From NCBI GenBank assembly GCA_965112155.1, contig OZ218107.1: 64,000 bases of DNA; one strand, written 5' to 3'. The translations under genes and the position numbers were made by a program. The DNA is from Podarcis liolepis. Lineage: Eukaryota. The notes under the pieces are model-generated. The model was not told the origin of the DNA. It made no database searches and saw only the letters and a program-made list of their open reading frames with translations. Below are positions 38,703 to 51,959 of this stretch, piece after piece (the first letter of the stretch is position 1; each line of letters starts with the position of its first letter).

Positions 38703-41700
38703 AAGAGACCTGCTGGATCAGGTCACAACTCCCCCTAGTCTAGCACTCTGTTCTTGCATTGGCGAACCATACAGATGCCCATGGAAGACCACAAGCACAC
38801 ATATACACAAAGTTAAACACAATGGAAGAATTCCATCAATAAATTCCATCAAGAAATTACAGTGATGTATTAATAACCCACAGGAACAACACTTCAGCTA
38901 AAATTACCGCTCAGATGCTTTTTGTTTAGTTGCAAAACATACAGCTTGCAGCCAAGAGAGTGTTTACATTTTTCACACACAGGTGCTGACAAGTTAATTA
39001 ACACAAGTTAAATTTAGGCCAAAATGCGGGAGCTCACAAATGAGCAAGTCACCTTGATTCTTTGTTTTCAGTTATTAAGTAAAATAACTTTCTGCTTCTT
39101 CCCATTTAATACTTAACTAAGCACCTATTTGTTGGTTTATCAAAAACTGTCTGTGCAAGAGCTTAAAAACGAAGGCAGCAATACTCCATATATATTGGAT
39201 ATATATTTTATTTGCTTACTTTCTCTTCCTATGTATGAAATATTAAAGTTTTTTGTGTAGTGTTATAAATGTCCTCTCCTTTTTTCATCGTATTATCCTA
39301 TTTAAATGATTACTGTACAGTGGTACCTCGCAAGACGAATGCCTCGCAAGACAAAAAACTCGCTAGATGAAAGGTTTTTCCATTTTCGATTTGCCTCGCA
39401 AGACGAATTTCCCCTATGGGCTTGCTTCGCAAGATGAAAACGTCTCGCGACTTTGTTTTCTTTGTCTAAAAACAAAGACATGTTTTGTTTATAAAGTTAA
39501 TTTATTTTCCCTTCAGTTTTTGAACTGCTCTTTACAGTATGTGTGACTTTAAAGAGCAGTTAATAAACTGTTGTTGTACCAAATTTGGCTTTGTTTGGAC
39601 TTTTTTTGACCATAGGAACACATTAATTGATTTTCAATGCATTCCTATGGGATTTCGTGCTTCGCAAGACGAAAAATTCGCTAGACGACAAAAATTGCGG
39701 AACGAATTAATTTCGTCTTGCGGGGCACCACTGTATTTTAATTGCACTTTGTTTCATGCTTCTCTGTAGTGTTTAGAGGCGGGATAAGAATCAAAAATAT
39801 ATGCTTGCATAAGACAATCATGTATGCAGGCTTAATTGCCCTGACTTAAAGGTCTGTGAGCAGTTTGCGGAAAACAGATATAATGCCTATTTACTAGGAC
39901 TGCCTGCTATGGAAATAAATTTTAAAACCTGGAACCTGTGTGGGTGGATCCCTGAGCCAATCCACTATACAAGAGGCAAAGAAGCCCAGATTTCTTGCCA
40001 CTCTTGGGACAGAGCCCACCAGTTTGGGGCAGGTTGAGAGCAAAATTTGTCTATTTCCCTAGGTGCACACCATTTTTAATAACTAGTGAGTAAACAAACA
40101 GCCATGGCCCTTGCTTCTATCAACCAGTGATACAGGGATAATTTTAGAGACCGAATGTAGCAGACATGCAGACATTCTTTAAATTGTAATGTGCATTATT
40201 TCAAAATGTGGTAAGCCAGCCTTGCTGCTTGTCAGGGGGCCGGGGGTTGCTCATTATGCTGGGTGGGGTCAATGCTACTATTGGGAACTGGTCCCAAAGC
40301 AAAAATTTGGCCAGCTAGAACATATTTCTGGGCAGTTAGCAACTCAGCTGCTGGCCATGCATGACAAACCTTCTGACAACTGGATTCAGTTCCTGGGTTT
40401 GCTGAATGACTGAGAAGTATTGGGGCTACATGTTGCCCATTCTGATACAGTACATAGGCTCTGTCCATAACTCTCTGTCATTGGTTAAATTCCCTATTAA
40501 GCATTCACAGAATTATCTATGTACAAAAGATTAAACCATGGTATAATTGAAACCAGATATTAATGTGGTTAAATGATGATAAGCAATACATTTCTTCAGG
40601 CTATGCCTTTTATAATTTTATTACTGAATTCTTCTTTTAACAGCCATACTTACAGTATTTTCTTTTTCTTTTTTAAAGAAATCTATTCTTTAAAATCTGT
40701 GTAGTGTACTGTAACAAGATATATCGAGAAGGTGAGTATAATTGCTATGAGGATCAAAATACTCTGTAGAGAAGATATGTAAACTTTCTGGAAGTAAGAG
40801 TCTGAGTGTGTGTGTGTGTGTTCATACCAGCAAATGGTTCACTGGATAATTCTATGAAAGTATTCTGATAAACTTAATTGCTCGCATCCAGAGGGGCAAA
40901 AATGATACATGTGAACAGTTTACACATCAAACTTCGTCTATAAGTAACCATCAAAATCACATGAGCAGAAATCTCCTTGTGTAAAATGGTTGCTTTCACT
41001 AAAACAGAAAGTTGATTTTGTATTCTCTCTTGCTTATTCCCTCTCAGCACGACAGCACAGCCTTAAGACACATGTGCATAGTCTGGTTCCATGGAAGCTT
41101 ACTACAGCTATGTAGGGCTAATGTAAGAAAGGAAAGGTGCACAGCCTCATGCAAAACACATATCCCTATCCAGGGACGGGCATATGCTCATGAAACAAAT
41201 TTTAAGGGCTCATCCATACTTCCTCTCTCCCCGCTGCTTTCCCAGACTGACGTTTGCTCTGATTTAGCACTAAAGAATGCATTTTCCCTTGGAAAGTAGC
41301 AAGGCAAGGGGAAAACAGCTCAAACCCATGCTTTCTAGGCATGGGATAAATGGAAGTGTTGACAAGCCCTTTTTGGATTTCATGCCACAGTCACAGAAAC
41401 CTGTTCCTGGGAGAGGGCAAGAGAAACTCACATTAGGGTGCAAAACTGGCTGCTTTGTGCAAAGGATGAGAGTAACAATCATCGGAACGGCTGGAGAGAT
41501 TTCTTGTGCACAGAAGAGATTTGGCCCTTGTGTCCATCCGATTTGGACCAGGTGTTTAGCTTTATATCCACTTCCTTAGCACGAGGAGGCTGAGATGGAT
41601 CTGATGTTGAGAGTATAGAATCCTGTTCCTTCCAGGTATTTCATTCAGGTGCGGGTAGGCAGGGTTCAGGAATTAGCCTCTGGGCTCCTGGGTACTCCAG

Positions 41701-44700
41701 GCCTCAATTGGGGCAAAAGATGTACAAAGATGCTCTCGCTTCAATGCGCTCTTATTTCATTACCACGCCTGGAGGCTCAGATCTTTTGCTCCAATATCCA
41801 GCTTTATTGCAATTTATGACATTGTTCTGCAGCTGCTGCCTCAGTGCCTTGTTTTACTACATAGTGGACTTAGCTCCTGCTGTTGCTCAAGTGTCCTAGC
41901 CCTCCTGGTTTGATGCTCCTGACCATCTCAGAGGACCACATTGCATGACAAAGATCACACTACCCCATTACCTTAACACTTCTTCTATATAAGGCGCGCA
42001 CACAAACACATGCACATAAACATGTCAAAATAGTTCCCCCTGGGCAAGAAATTATCCTTGCTAGGGCTCCAGCTCAGCACACCACTCCTCTTCTTTATAT
42101 ATGGACAGTCATATATGCAGTGAGCACACTTTCCCAGAAATTCAATGGAGCTTACTTCTGAGCAGAGATGTACAGGACTGCACCATCTGGAGGTGCACAA
42201 AATAGTGTCATTAAGGTTGCTTGGCAACAGCAATTGTGCATCTTCTCCGTTCAGAGCTTTCAAAATGGTCAAGGGTGAAACAAGACAGTGGCAAATATAG
42301 GGAAAGGGAGTAGGAATGGCAACTGCCCCCCCCCCCCGGAGTTGGTTTGTTGATTGTTGAATGTAATCCATGAGAAATTATTCAATTGTTCTATGTAAAA
42401 AACTGCTCATTTCAAAAAAGGTTGCAGGTTGGATCAACACAATTTTGCTCTTCCGGTTATCTCCATTAACCTCCCATATTTCCTTCCTGGACACATGGAA
42501 GTAGCTTTGGGGATACCTGATACTGCCCTTTGGCTAGAGCTGGGAAGTGTCTATTTCCAAGGAGGGCAGCTATAATTGTTCAATTAACCGTAATCTAAAT
42601 TTTAAACTTTGGGAAATTATGAGTGGCAAAGGATAATGTGATGGTTTGGGTAGGCAGCAGATAACACTAAGTTTAACGAATGTAGCAAACGCTACGACTG
42701 AACTTAATATTGCCACTGCATTTTGATGAAGATAATAAATTAAACCAAGAGAGCAAGAAACTGTGTGCATGGTATAAAGCTCACTTGAGAGCAGCAACAA
42801 TCTAACATGCAAAGGTCAGAGCTGTACAAAAAACAGATAGTACGCAGCCAAGGAAATCACTTTATCAGTTGGATACTAGAGACTGATTAAAGCTGCCACT
42901 GTCTGCAAAAAAAAGTCTCATGAATATAATAAGGAAAAAGGAAATCAAGCACTACATCTCCAAGAATAGCTAATTCCCCCTCTAAATCTAAATGTTAAAC
43001 ATATTTAATCATAATCTATTTCAGAATCATTTACTTAAACCTTTTCTATACATAACCATATTGAAACCTAACGGGGAAGGGATCACTTTTGCCACCTTGA
43101 TCGTATGATTTTAAAAGTGGCTGTGTTAATGATATTGTAAATCAGGCATAGGCAATCCTGGCCCTCCAGATGTTTAGGACTACAATTCCCATCATCCCTG
43201 ACCACTGGTCCTGTTAGCTAGGGATGATGGGAGTTGTAGTCCCAAAACATCTGGAGGGCCAAGTTTGCCTATGCCTGTTGTAAATGTCCTTCCATCTATA
43301 TACATAATTGGCTGTCTTCACTTCCATTGATTTTTGAATGATCAGTGCCTAGGTCGGGGGCTCCTACCTGAGATCCAGATGGGCATGCAGTATTTGATGA
43401 CCTAACTTTCAGGAACATCAAACACCATACAGCTTTCTGGGGAAGGAGCTATAAAAATCAATTACATCACATATCATAGGTTCTCTCAGAGCACAGGAAA
43501 AGCGTTTAAGATTCTGCCCAACTCAGGCATCCCCATATAAATTATCCCTTGATAGTATTTCGATTTTCCTGTTGTTGTTTTTTATTACCAGGGTTTGTGG
43601 ACGAGGAAGCTTCCAGACTACTATATCTCTATCCTTTCACATCTTTTAGTTTTATCTCCCTGAAATGATTGAACTTGAAAAAGAGTGAAGATTTTTACTA
43701 AAAAGGCGCTGCTTAATGAAGCTTGTTTCCCCCCCCCCCCTTCAGCTAAAACACACACATACATATATAGGCTAGCTTGTAAATGCACTGCAAGGTATAT
43801 TAAATGTGAAGCACTCTTCACTGTTGAGCCAGGTGAGGGTTTTTTGCAGGAATATTATTGCCAGTGGTAGAGCATCTGCTTTGCATGAAAAAGCTCCCAG
43901 ATTAGGCCCTGGTCATCTCAAGGGAGATGAGTCCTGCCCGAAATCCTGGAGAGGGGCTGCCAGTTGTACAGATGGCCCTGAGCTGGATGCACCAAGGATC
44001 TGATTTGGTATAAGGCAGCTTCCCATTTTCCTAGTTCAAACAGACAATTATTTTTGTAGTTTTTCTGCTCCCTCCTTCCTTCAGTTGTTCACTTTCAGCC
44101 TCACCTTTCAGGTAAGCATGCTGAGTGAAGCATAGCAACAATTGGTAACTAGGCAGTGATAGCTAGAGAGTGCCATTTTCCCCACAACTGCACCTTGATG
44201 CTGGGGGAAAATGGCATGCTGTCATGTATTCAATTTTTGCTCATCTTTGAAGTATACAAGGCACAGAAGTAAGCAATTCTACTTTGCTGCTAAGTTGAAT
44301 GATAACTACCATACTGTTCCATCTATTTTGGGGGACTGAAATTTAAGAAAATGGGGGGGAGATGGCACAGAGTGGTCAAGCTTTTTGGGGGGAGATTACC
44401 CAGGGGTATTGAGCTTTTTAAAGGGGGGATGGCTAAAAACCGCTCACCCCCACACATTACAAAATCCGCCTCCCATCTGTCCCATCGCCAATCAACACCA
44501 CCCATTGACGCAGCCACCAATAACACGCACAATAGCCACTGAGAGCCATGGCAGCAACCAATCAAACGTCCACGCTATGCACTAGCCATGTATAAGACGA
44601 CGACAACTTTTTAGCATGATTTTTAAAGGAAAAAAATATAGTCTTATACACAGAAAAGCACGGTAAGTACTACACTATTAAGTATTTTATCTTTGTGTCT

Positions 44701-47700
44701 GCCCAAATCATCTCTAAAGGCTTGAGACCAGTTTACTTAAGGGGTCGCCTTACCCATACATGCGAATTCTGTCTGTGAAATGTCATGCAGTGTCTACTCT
44801 CTGTTTGTAAGAAGTCATGCCTTCGTACTGCACCTGTACTGATGTGGAAACTGATGCAAAATGAACGGAGAACTGAACTTAAAACTGGGAGGGGGGGGGA
44901 GAAACTGAAATTGACAGATCCATCCATCTCTATCTTTTCCTCCCCTCTCTGGTTTGTTCTTTTAAGGCCTCTGTTATAGTCCCAAGAGCGGTCAGTTGTT
45001 CATTGCAATATAAATTTAAATGAACTGGAGTTCCAATGAAAAATTGGGTTCCTTGCACTGACAAAAGGAACAGGTGTTTTTTTTTTTTGCATGTTTCAGA
45101 AACTTGCACCATGATTAAACGCCCATGCACATGATATGGATGGCAAAAGTTATTGTAAATTAATGCATGAAATGAAAAGCTGCAGCAAAAGCAAACTGTA
45201 CATGTGTCAACTCATTACAGAATTTTTCAGTGAAGAGTAAAATGATAGGAAAGAGGGAACATAGTCAGTTTACAGAAGACTAATGAATCGGACGTCCATC
45301 CACTGCTATATATAATAAGGATCCATTAGGGGATAATTGCAACCTATATGTAGGATAAAACCAGGATAGAAGATAAATCTAATATATAGCCACATATAAA
45401 TGTTGCATAAAGCTTAACATTCACATGAGGCCAAATCATATAATACAGCTGTAATTTCCCAAATTGTTGAATAGCCTGCTTTTTCTTATTTTAATCCATT
45501 GTATAGACCTAATTCACTATTTGCCTCTATTTGCAGTGGGGGGGGGCAGTGGTTTTAACAGGAACCAAGTGATCTTTGGTGTTATAATTGAGCCATTAAT
45601 GCAAAATGTATTTCATTAGCACTGTTGTCATCTCAATGAATAACCTAACATTGGCTGCATTAGAATTAGTGGCTTGCATGTGGTAGTATAAGTTGAAAAA
45701 CCATACTGAAAATGGAGAAAATGAATCTAAACATTATGTTCTTATCAAATGCATTCATTTTTCAATTTTAAAATGTTATTGGATTTTTTGACATTAAGAT
45801 GTGAGACTATTCCAATTATAATAGTGATACATTAATAGCGTGCTGGGAGCAAAAACACCATTAATAATGATTCAGCACTTATTTTCTTATTGCCCAGCTT
45901 TCTTTTAGATTGTGGGGAAAAAATGACATTTTAGTACTTATTTTGAAAAGCTATCATTTCCATTCCATGTTGCCCCAGTTATTTTTCAATTCTGCAAATA
46001 AGTGTAATGGGGCCGGGGGGGGGGGGTTAGACCCTCTGCAGTATTTTTCAGGAAACCGTATCTGAACAGTTATGGAAAGAACAATATAATTTTATTGGAT
46101 ATTTAGAGTTAGAGATAAGAGGCTATATATGCATGCACACAACTGTAAACAAAATGCAAATGCATAGCCATGGGAAACTCTGTCTGCTTTCAAGCAATGC
46201 TTCCCACTGATATAAAAAGAATTCCTCAGTGACCTCTGTCGAATTTATGTCACAGATGACATGTTTGCCGCTGAAAATTTTCCTTCAGCGCTATTAGAAA
46301 AAGCCTGTGCTGAGATTTCTGGGTGAACATGAGGTGACAGCATTGCTGTAGCAGAGGTGTGTTTTGACACTGCCTGTTTCCAGAGCAGCTATGCTCCTTG
46401 GCACTGCAGTTGCTTCCAGCTGTTGATTCCCCTTTTGTGTTAAATCATTAGAGAAGCTTCCGACAAACAGCATATTGATTCACAACACCTGTGCTTTCAT
46501 ATTTGGAGAATCCAACTTAAGTTCTTTTCCCCTTTCACATCTATTCCCCCTTATCCTACCTGAAAAACAAGTGCAGGTGCTTCATGAATATCTGCGAGGA
46601 AATCCAACAGCCATTTCCCCTCTGTCTTGCTAGCATGGGTTTAAGTGGGGAGAGGACAGTAGACCTAAATCTAATATTTTCTTAAAGCAATCTGAAATCA
46701 GTGTGGATATAATGCATTTAGTATAATTTATGCTAAATATTTATACTGAATACAGTATTTTGAATCTTACCACTATTTCCAATTATGCAGGGATCTACTT
46801 TTATATTCACATTTCATTTCTGAGGAATGTCTTCCTCAGTCTGTTCATATTTCTTACACTTAATCCGCCAACGTTATTTTGCTTTGTTTGTGACTCATGT
46901 ATGCCTTGACTGCATTCTGTGATAGCTATCTTGGACATGGTCTTTTTAATTTCCAAACTGCCTGTGCAAGCTGTGGAAATCAAGTTGCTGGAAATGTTAA
47001 GAGAAAACCAACAAAGCTGGCATTAGCATTTGCAAAGTCAAATCATGATGCAGAGATCTAGATTAAACAAGAAGCAATTTGTTTTAATTCAGAATGCTGC
47101 TTTTGCATTTCAGAGTTCTTCATTATCACAATATATCACAACTTTATGCCGACAAGTGAGAATATTCTTTTAGGGCGATTTCCTGTTGAGCTGCAGTTAT
47201 TGGAACCATTAAATGGACGCCGCAGTAGGGCTCAGAGCTTTATGGAAACACATTCCCAAATACAAAATAGGTGTGAGCTGTATTCTTTATGGACAGTTTG
47301 CATGCATTTAATTTTGGCTTTCCCCAGCAAGTTGCATGAAAGTATGGTCTTGCTTGGGGAGCACAGAACTAATGTAAGGCAGAGAAAGTCTTGGCAGCTA
47401 AAGAGATTTTATATTGGAATGGAGGCTAGAAGAGTACAGAACAGTGACTGATGTTGAGGAAGAATTCAAGGGCCACACACTGTGCCATCAACAGGGGCAT
47501 ATCTAGGGGTTGGCTGCCACCAAGGGTGCAGGCGGGGAGAGCAAAAATTGTGCCTCTCTCAGAGCCTCAGGGGAATCCAGACACTGGCATGTGGAACCCC
47601 CTTCCACATGATAGTTTGTGCAGCAGGGCTCCCTCTTAAGGATGGCACTGCTTGGCCTTCCATCCTAACATGGCTCCCCACCCTCCACTCCCCCTGCTTG

Positions 47701-50700
47701 CCATGAGGCAGCCTTTCAGCAGATGTGGTGGCTGAGATATGTCAAGCTAGGCTCTCAATTTACCACAGCCGAGTCACTTTTCCCTGGGTTCTTTCCTGCC
47801 TTGACCAATTTTCAGCTTGTGTATCGCAGCATGTTTACCAGACAGCAAGGGCCATTGACTAAAATGGGGCTTACTTTTGAATAAGGTGTGCACTGAGGTG
47901 CAACCTCCAAAACCAGTGCCTTTCTGGTGGTGCATTCTCAGAAGTAATGAAAAGGCAAGTGAGGTATTGTCAGAAGTTCTTGCCTCTGGCTTGCCAAATT
48001 TAGGCTGCAGTCCTGTGTACCCACTTTCCTGAGAGTAAGCACCACTGAATTGAGTGTGATTTACTTCTGAGTTGATGTTTATCGAATTGTGCTGTTAAAC
48101 ACTTAGTTTAAGAGTCATTTGGTAAATGAATTATGTCATGGTTGTTTTTTTCCCCTGAAGATGGCAGGGTGCTGATACATATCCTTGCCAAGGGCACAAG
48201 GGAGTCTATGTACACCTCTGGCTATCAAAACCAGAAATAATAAATAATTTAGCAGAGCTGATAAAGCTGGAATTGTGAGCGGTGATACTAAAATCTAGGT
48301 CAGGTGGCTGTCAGCCAGGTTTGACCAAACCGGGGGCTTCATATTGCCTGCCAATCAAAGAGACCAATGCTGCTTCCTCTATTCCATCTTTATGAGGGCT
48401 TTATGACCCTTCACCAGTGGTGTTTCCAGGTAGTTCACTAAGCTAGGTCTCAGTCACAAACCATGAGTTCCTGCTAAGTCATGTAGTGTCTGGCACATAG
48501 GTGTTTTTAAATTTCTGATACATTAAAACATCCATTGTTTCATAGGCCAGAGGAAATGTAAATTAAACAAAAATGATAAAACAAAATCGAACAAATAAAA
48601 TCAAACTAATGCCAGAGTACTCATTCGTCATGGAATAACTGCTCTTTTAATTAAATGGTAGCAGAAACATCACAGTGGTATGATCATTATATAATTAAAG
48701 TATAATACTCTGGCTACTTAAGATATATGAGATCCTCTTGCCAAGCAAACAACTCCATATTTGTTATAACAATTAGGAACTCTGAACAAAACCGTCAAGA
48801 GCGGATTTACTTAATTAATCATACAGCAAGCATTAATACAGCAGTATTATCCTAATATTAACAGTTTTATACTGCTTAATTCACTATGGTACACTTTTTC
48901 CACTTCGTTTTCTGAGTGTGTAGTGGCATTGTCCATGCACCAGCTTTCAAGACAGGCTTGCCATGGTTCCTTGTTGATATGCTATAAAACGCAGTTACAG
49001 TGGTGCCTCGCAAGACGAAATTAATTCGTTCCGTGAGTTTTTTTGTCTAGCGAATTTTTCATCTTGCGAAGCATGGTGTCGGGAAAGTTTTGGAAAAGCT
49101 TCAAAAATCACCAAAGTCTTCAAAAACCTCAAAAAAGGCTACCACACCGCATTCTATGAGTTGCTCCTCGAAGTCAAGTTGCAACTGTATTAACGGTGTT
49201 AAGAAAAAGGAAATAAACTTGCAAGACGTTTTCGTCTTGCGAAGCAAGCCCATAGGGAAATTCGTCTTGCGAAGCAGCTCAAAAAACGCAAAACCCTTTC
49301 GTCTAGCGAGTTTTTCGTCTTGCGAGGCATTTGTCTTGCGGGGCACCACTGTTGCTCCATTTGTTAAGGTCATTTCTGCTTAACATTTTGCTTAGATCAG
49401 GATGCATACTGACATTGTGGAGCTTATGTAAATATTTCATACAGATGCAAAATGTTTCATGCACAGCTGATGGGCTACAGAACTTGAGTTGTTGCTTCCC
49501 ACATGCCAAATGCCACAGCAATGGCCAGGGGTGGCTGGTCATATAATGACCGCACATTCTCAGTGGCCCCTTTTGCGAAATAAAAACACAAATTTAAAAA
49601 GCTGTATTTTACAGATGGCTGGCAGCACATGCGGGCATGCAAATCCTGTTATTTAAAATCCTTGCTGCACTGCCAGCTCTCTGGAAAATGAAACTGCTCT
49701 CTTTTAAATAGAGTGGGTGATACCAAAGAGAAAGATTAAAAAAGTGAGTTCTACTGAGCCCTCTCCATTTGCAGATACTTTGTCCACACTATAATCTTTT
49801 TACCACCTACCTCTATTTCCTTACTATTCATGATTTCTTAATAGGCACTCAGTCTCAGGCAAAACCAGCTCAAACTTGATGAGAGGCTGAACAATATGAA
49901 AATGCTCAGTTTTGACTTGTGTACGACAAAGATGAGGAACCAGACACTGTGCCTTATTTCAAGAAGATATTTGTTTCCGTTTTAAAAATGCAGGAAGCAA
50001 GAGAGCTTCAAAATGACATTATAAGAAACTGTTTAAAGATCAGAGATTAGAACTTTAGTATTCTCAATGGAGCATGGGATAGTGGCAGCCAATTAATAAT
50101 ACACAGTCAATCAACTCATGCAAGCAGAAGATAAGGACACTTCAAAAATAATCAACTAACACTATCCATGAGAGAATAACAAAGAGATTCAGTAAATATT
50201 CCAAAGAAAAAGCAGTGCTAGAAAGTGTTAGCCAATAAATGAATAAATGCACTTTGAAAAAAGCAGAGATCCAGTGTAGCAAAGTGGCTAGAGTATTGGT
50301 GGTACCATAACTAGAGGGAACTAGGTTCAAATCCCCAATCTGCCATGAAGCTAACTGGGTGACCTTGGGCCAGTAACAATCTCTCAATCTAGCCTACGCC
50401 ACAGAGCTGAATAAAATGGAGGTGGGAAGAGAGGCATGAACGGCACTCTGAGCTCTTTGAAGGAAGGGCAGGATTAAAATATTATAATAATACAATGAAG
50501 TATTAGAACACAATATGGACACTTTTTAATGGCAAAGAGAAACTGCCAAGGTGATATTCAGCTATACAGAATTTATACTGGTCACTGCTGGCAACTTGTT
50601 TCCCAGTATATATTCATCCCTGACTTATACAGAAACATTGCATACATGCTCTCAAGTCCTCATGGGATCTTTCATATCCCAGTTACATGTGTAAACATAA

Positions 50701-51915
50701 GTTGTCTGAAATTATTCCCATCAGCCTATGATTAAAGATGTTTCAGGTAGGTAGTAAGGAGACTGGAACCCTGTGGCATCATCCCATATACCAAAATCCA
50801 CAGTGTGGAGCAGCAGGCCCTAGCAACACCTTCTGGGACTTTGCCCATGAAGGAGGACCAGAATCACAGCAAAACAGTACTTAGTAATCCCAGAAGGGTA
50901 CCATGGTTCATATACTGTTGAACTACTAAACCACTGAAAGATCCAGTATAATCACAGCAGTTACACTTTCCCTGTTTATCTACACCAAGGCAACTAAAAC
51001 AATAATAAGCTTAACCCTCCCCCTCTCTCCTGCAAAAAAACTGGAGTGCACTAGGCACAATGACCTTGGTCCCCAAAGACACATGGGACTGCTGTTTACC
51101 AGAGAGGTTGAACAACGATTTCATTAGAAACTTCAGTGTGCTTTTGCATTTTTAAGTGTACATTTTACAAGTTCAGTTACAGTATCACATTAATTCCTGC
51201 TTCCTTCATCAAATCTTTTTCCTGACAGCATTGATTTATCATTAACTTTAAAAGTGTTTCTTTGCCTAAAAACAAAGGAGGCGTTCCAAACAAGAAGGAA
51301 ATAGCTATTTTCATTCAAAGTGGTAGGAAGCCACTTAGAATCTATCATCAATTCAAAGATGCTTTTGCCATCAGAAGAGTCAGATCATGTACAACATACA
51401 AAGAGTCAGATCACGTACAACATTCATGTAATGCAAGAAATGTAACGTTTAATAGAAGAGAAAGAGGAAGAAACATTCTCAACCATTAAGAAGCTCTGAA
51501 TTCCCTTTAAGTAATTTCCTCCCAGGCATACTATATTTTCCCTAAAAGAAAGCCTTTTCAAAACATTGCTGAAGGCAATTCATTGCTCTGATACTATGCT
51601 TGATAGAAGTACATCATTTCATGCTGTGACTGCTGTAACTACAAATAGTTGTTGAGATTTCATAGCAGATGAGACACGTACTGTTTAAAAACCAACAGCA
51701 GGCTATTTGTATCATTATTTTTAAGTTTCTTAAAATCTGCTTGAAGGTATCAGTGGTGCGTTTCTCTTGCAGCAAGTACAGTCTTCTTCCAATTAACGTT
51801 GCTGTTAGTTTACATGGTCCAAATTATTTATTTGTTTAGTTATTTTATTTGCAAATTGCTTTCCATGAGGCACCCAAAAGTCATTCACAATATAATAAAA
51901 CTGTTTTACATATAT

Positions 51916-51959
<44 letters not shown>

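Noticed and set aside
39318-39733. Repeated cgcaagacgaa units as a CRISPR-like array
   Set aside because: Irregular spacing, both orientations, bounded by TIRs and TA; these are transposon subterminal repeats in vertebrate DNA.
41040-41062. REST/RE1-like tcagcac-gacagc
   Set aside because: Half-sites are degenerate and the spacing is non-canonical.
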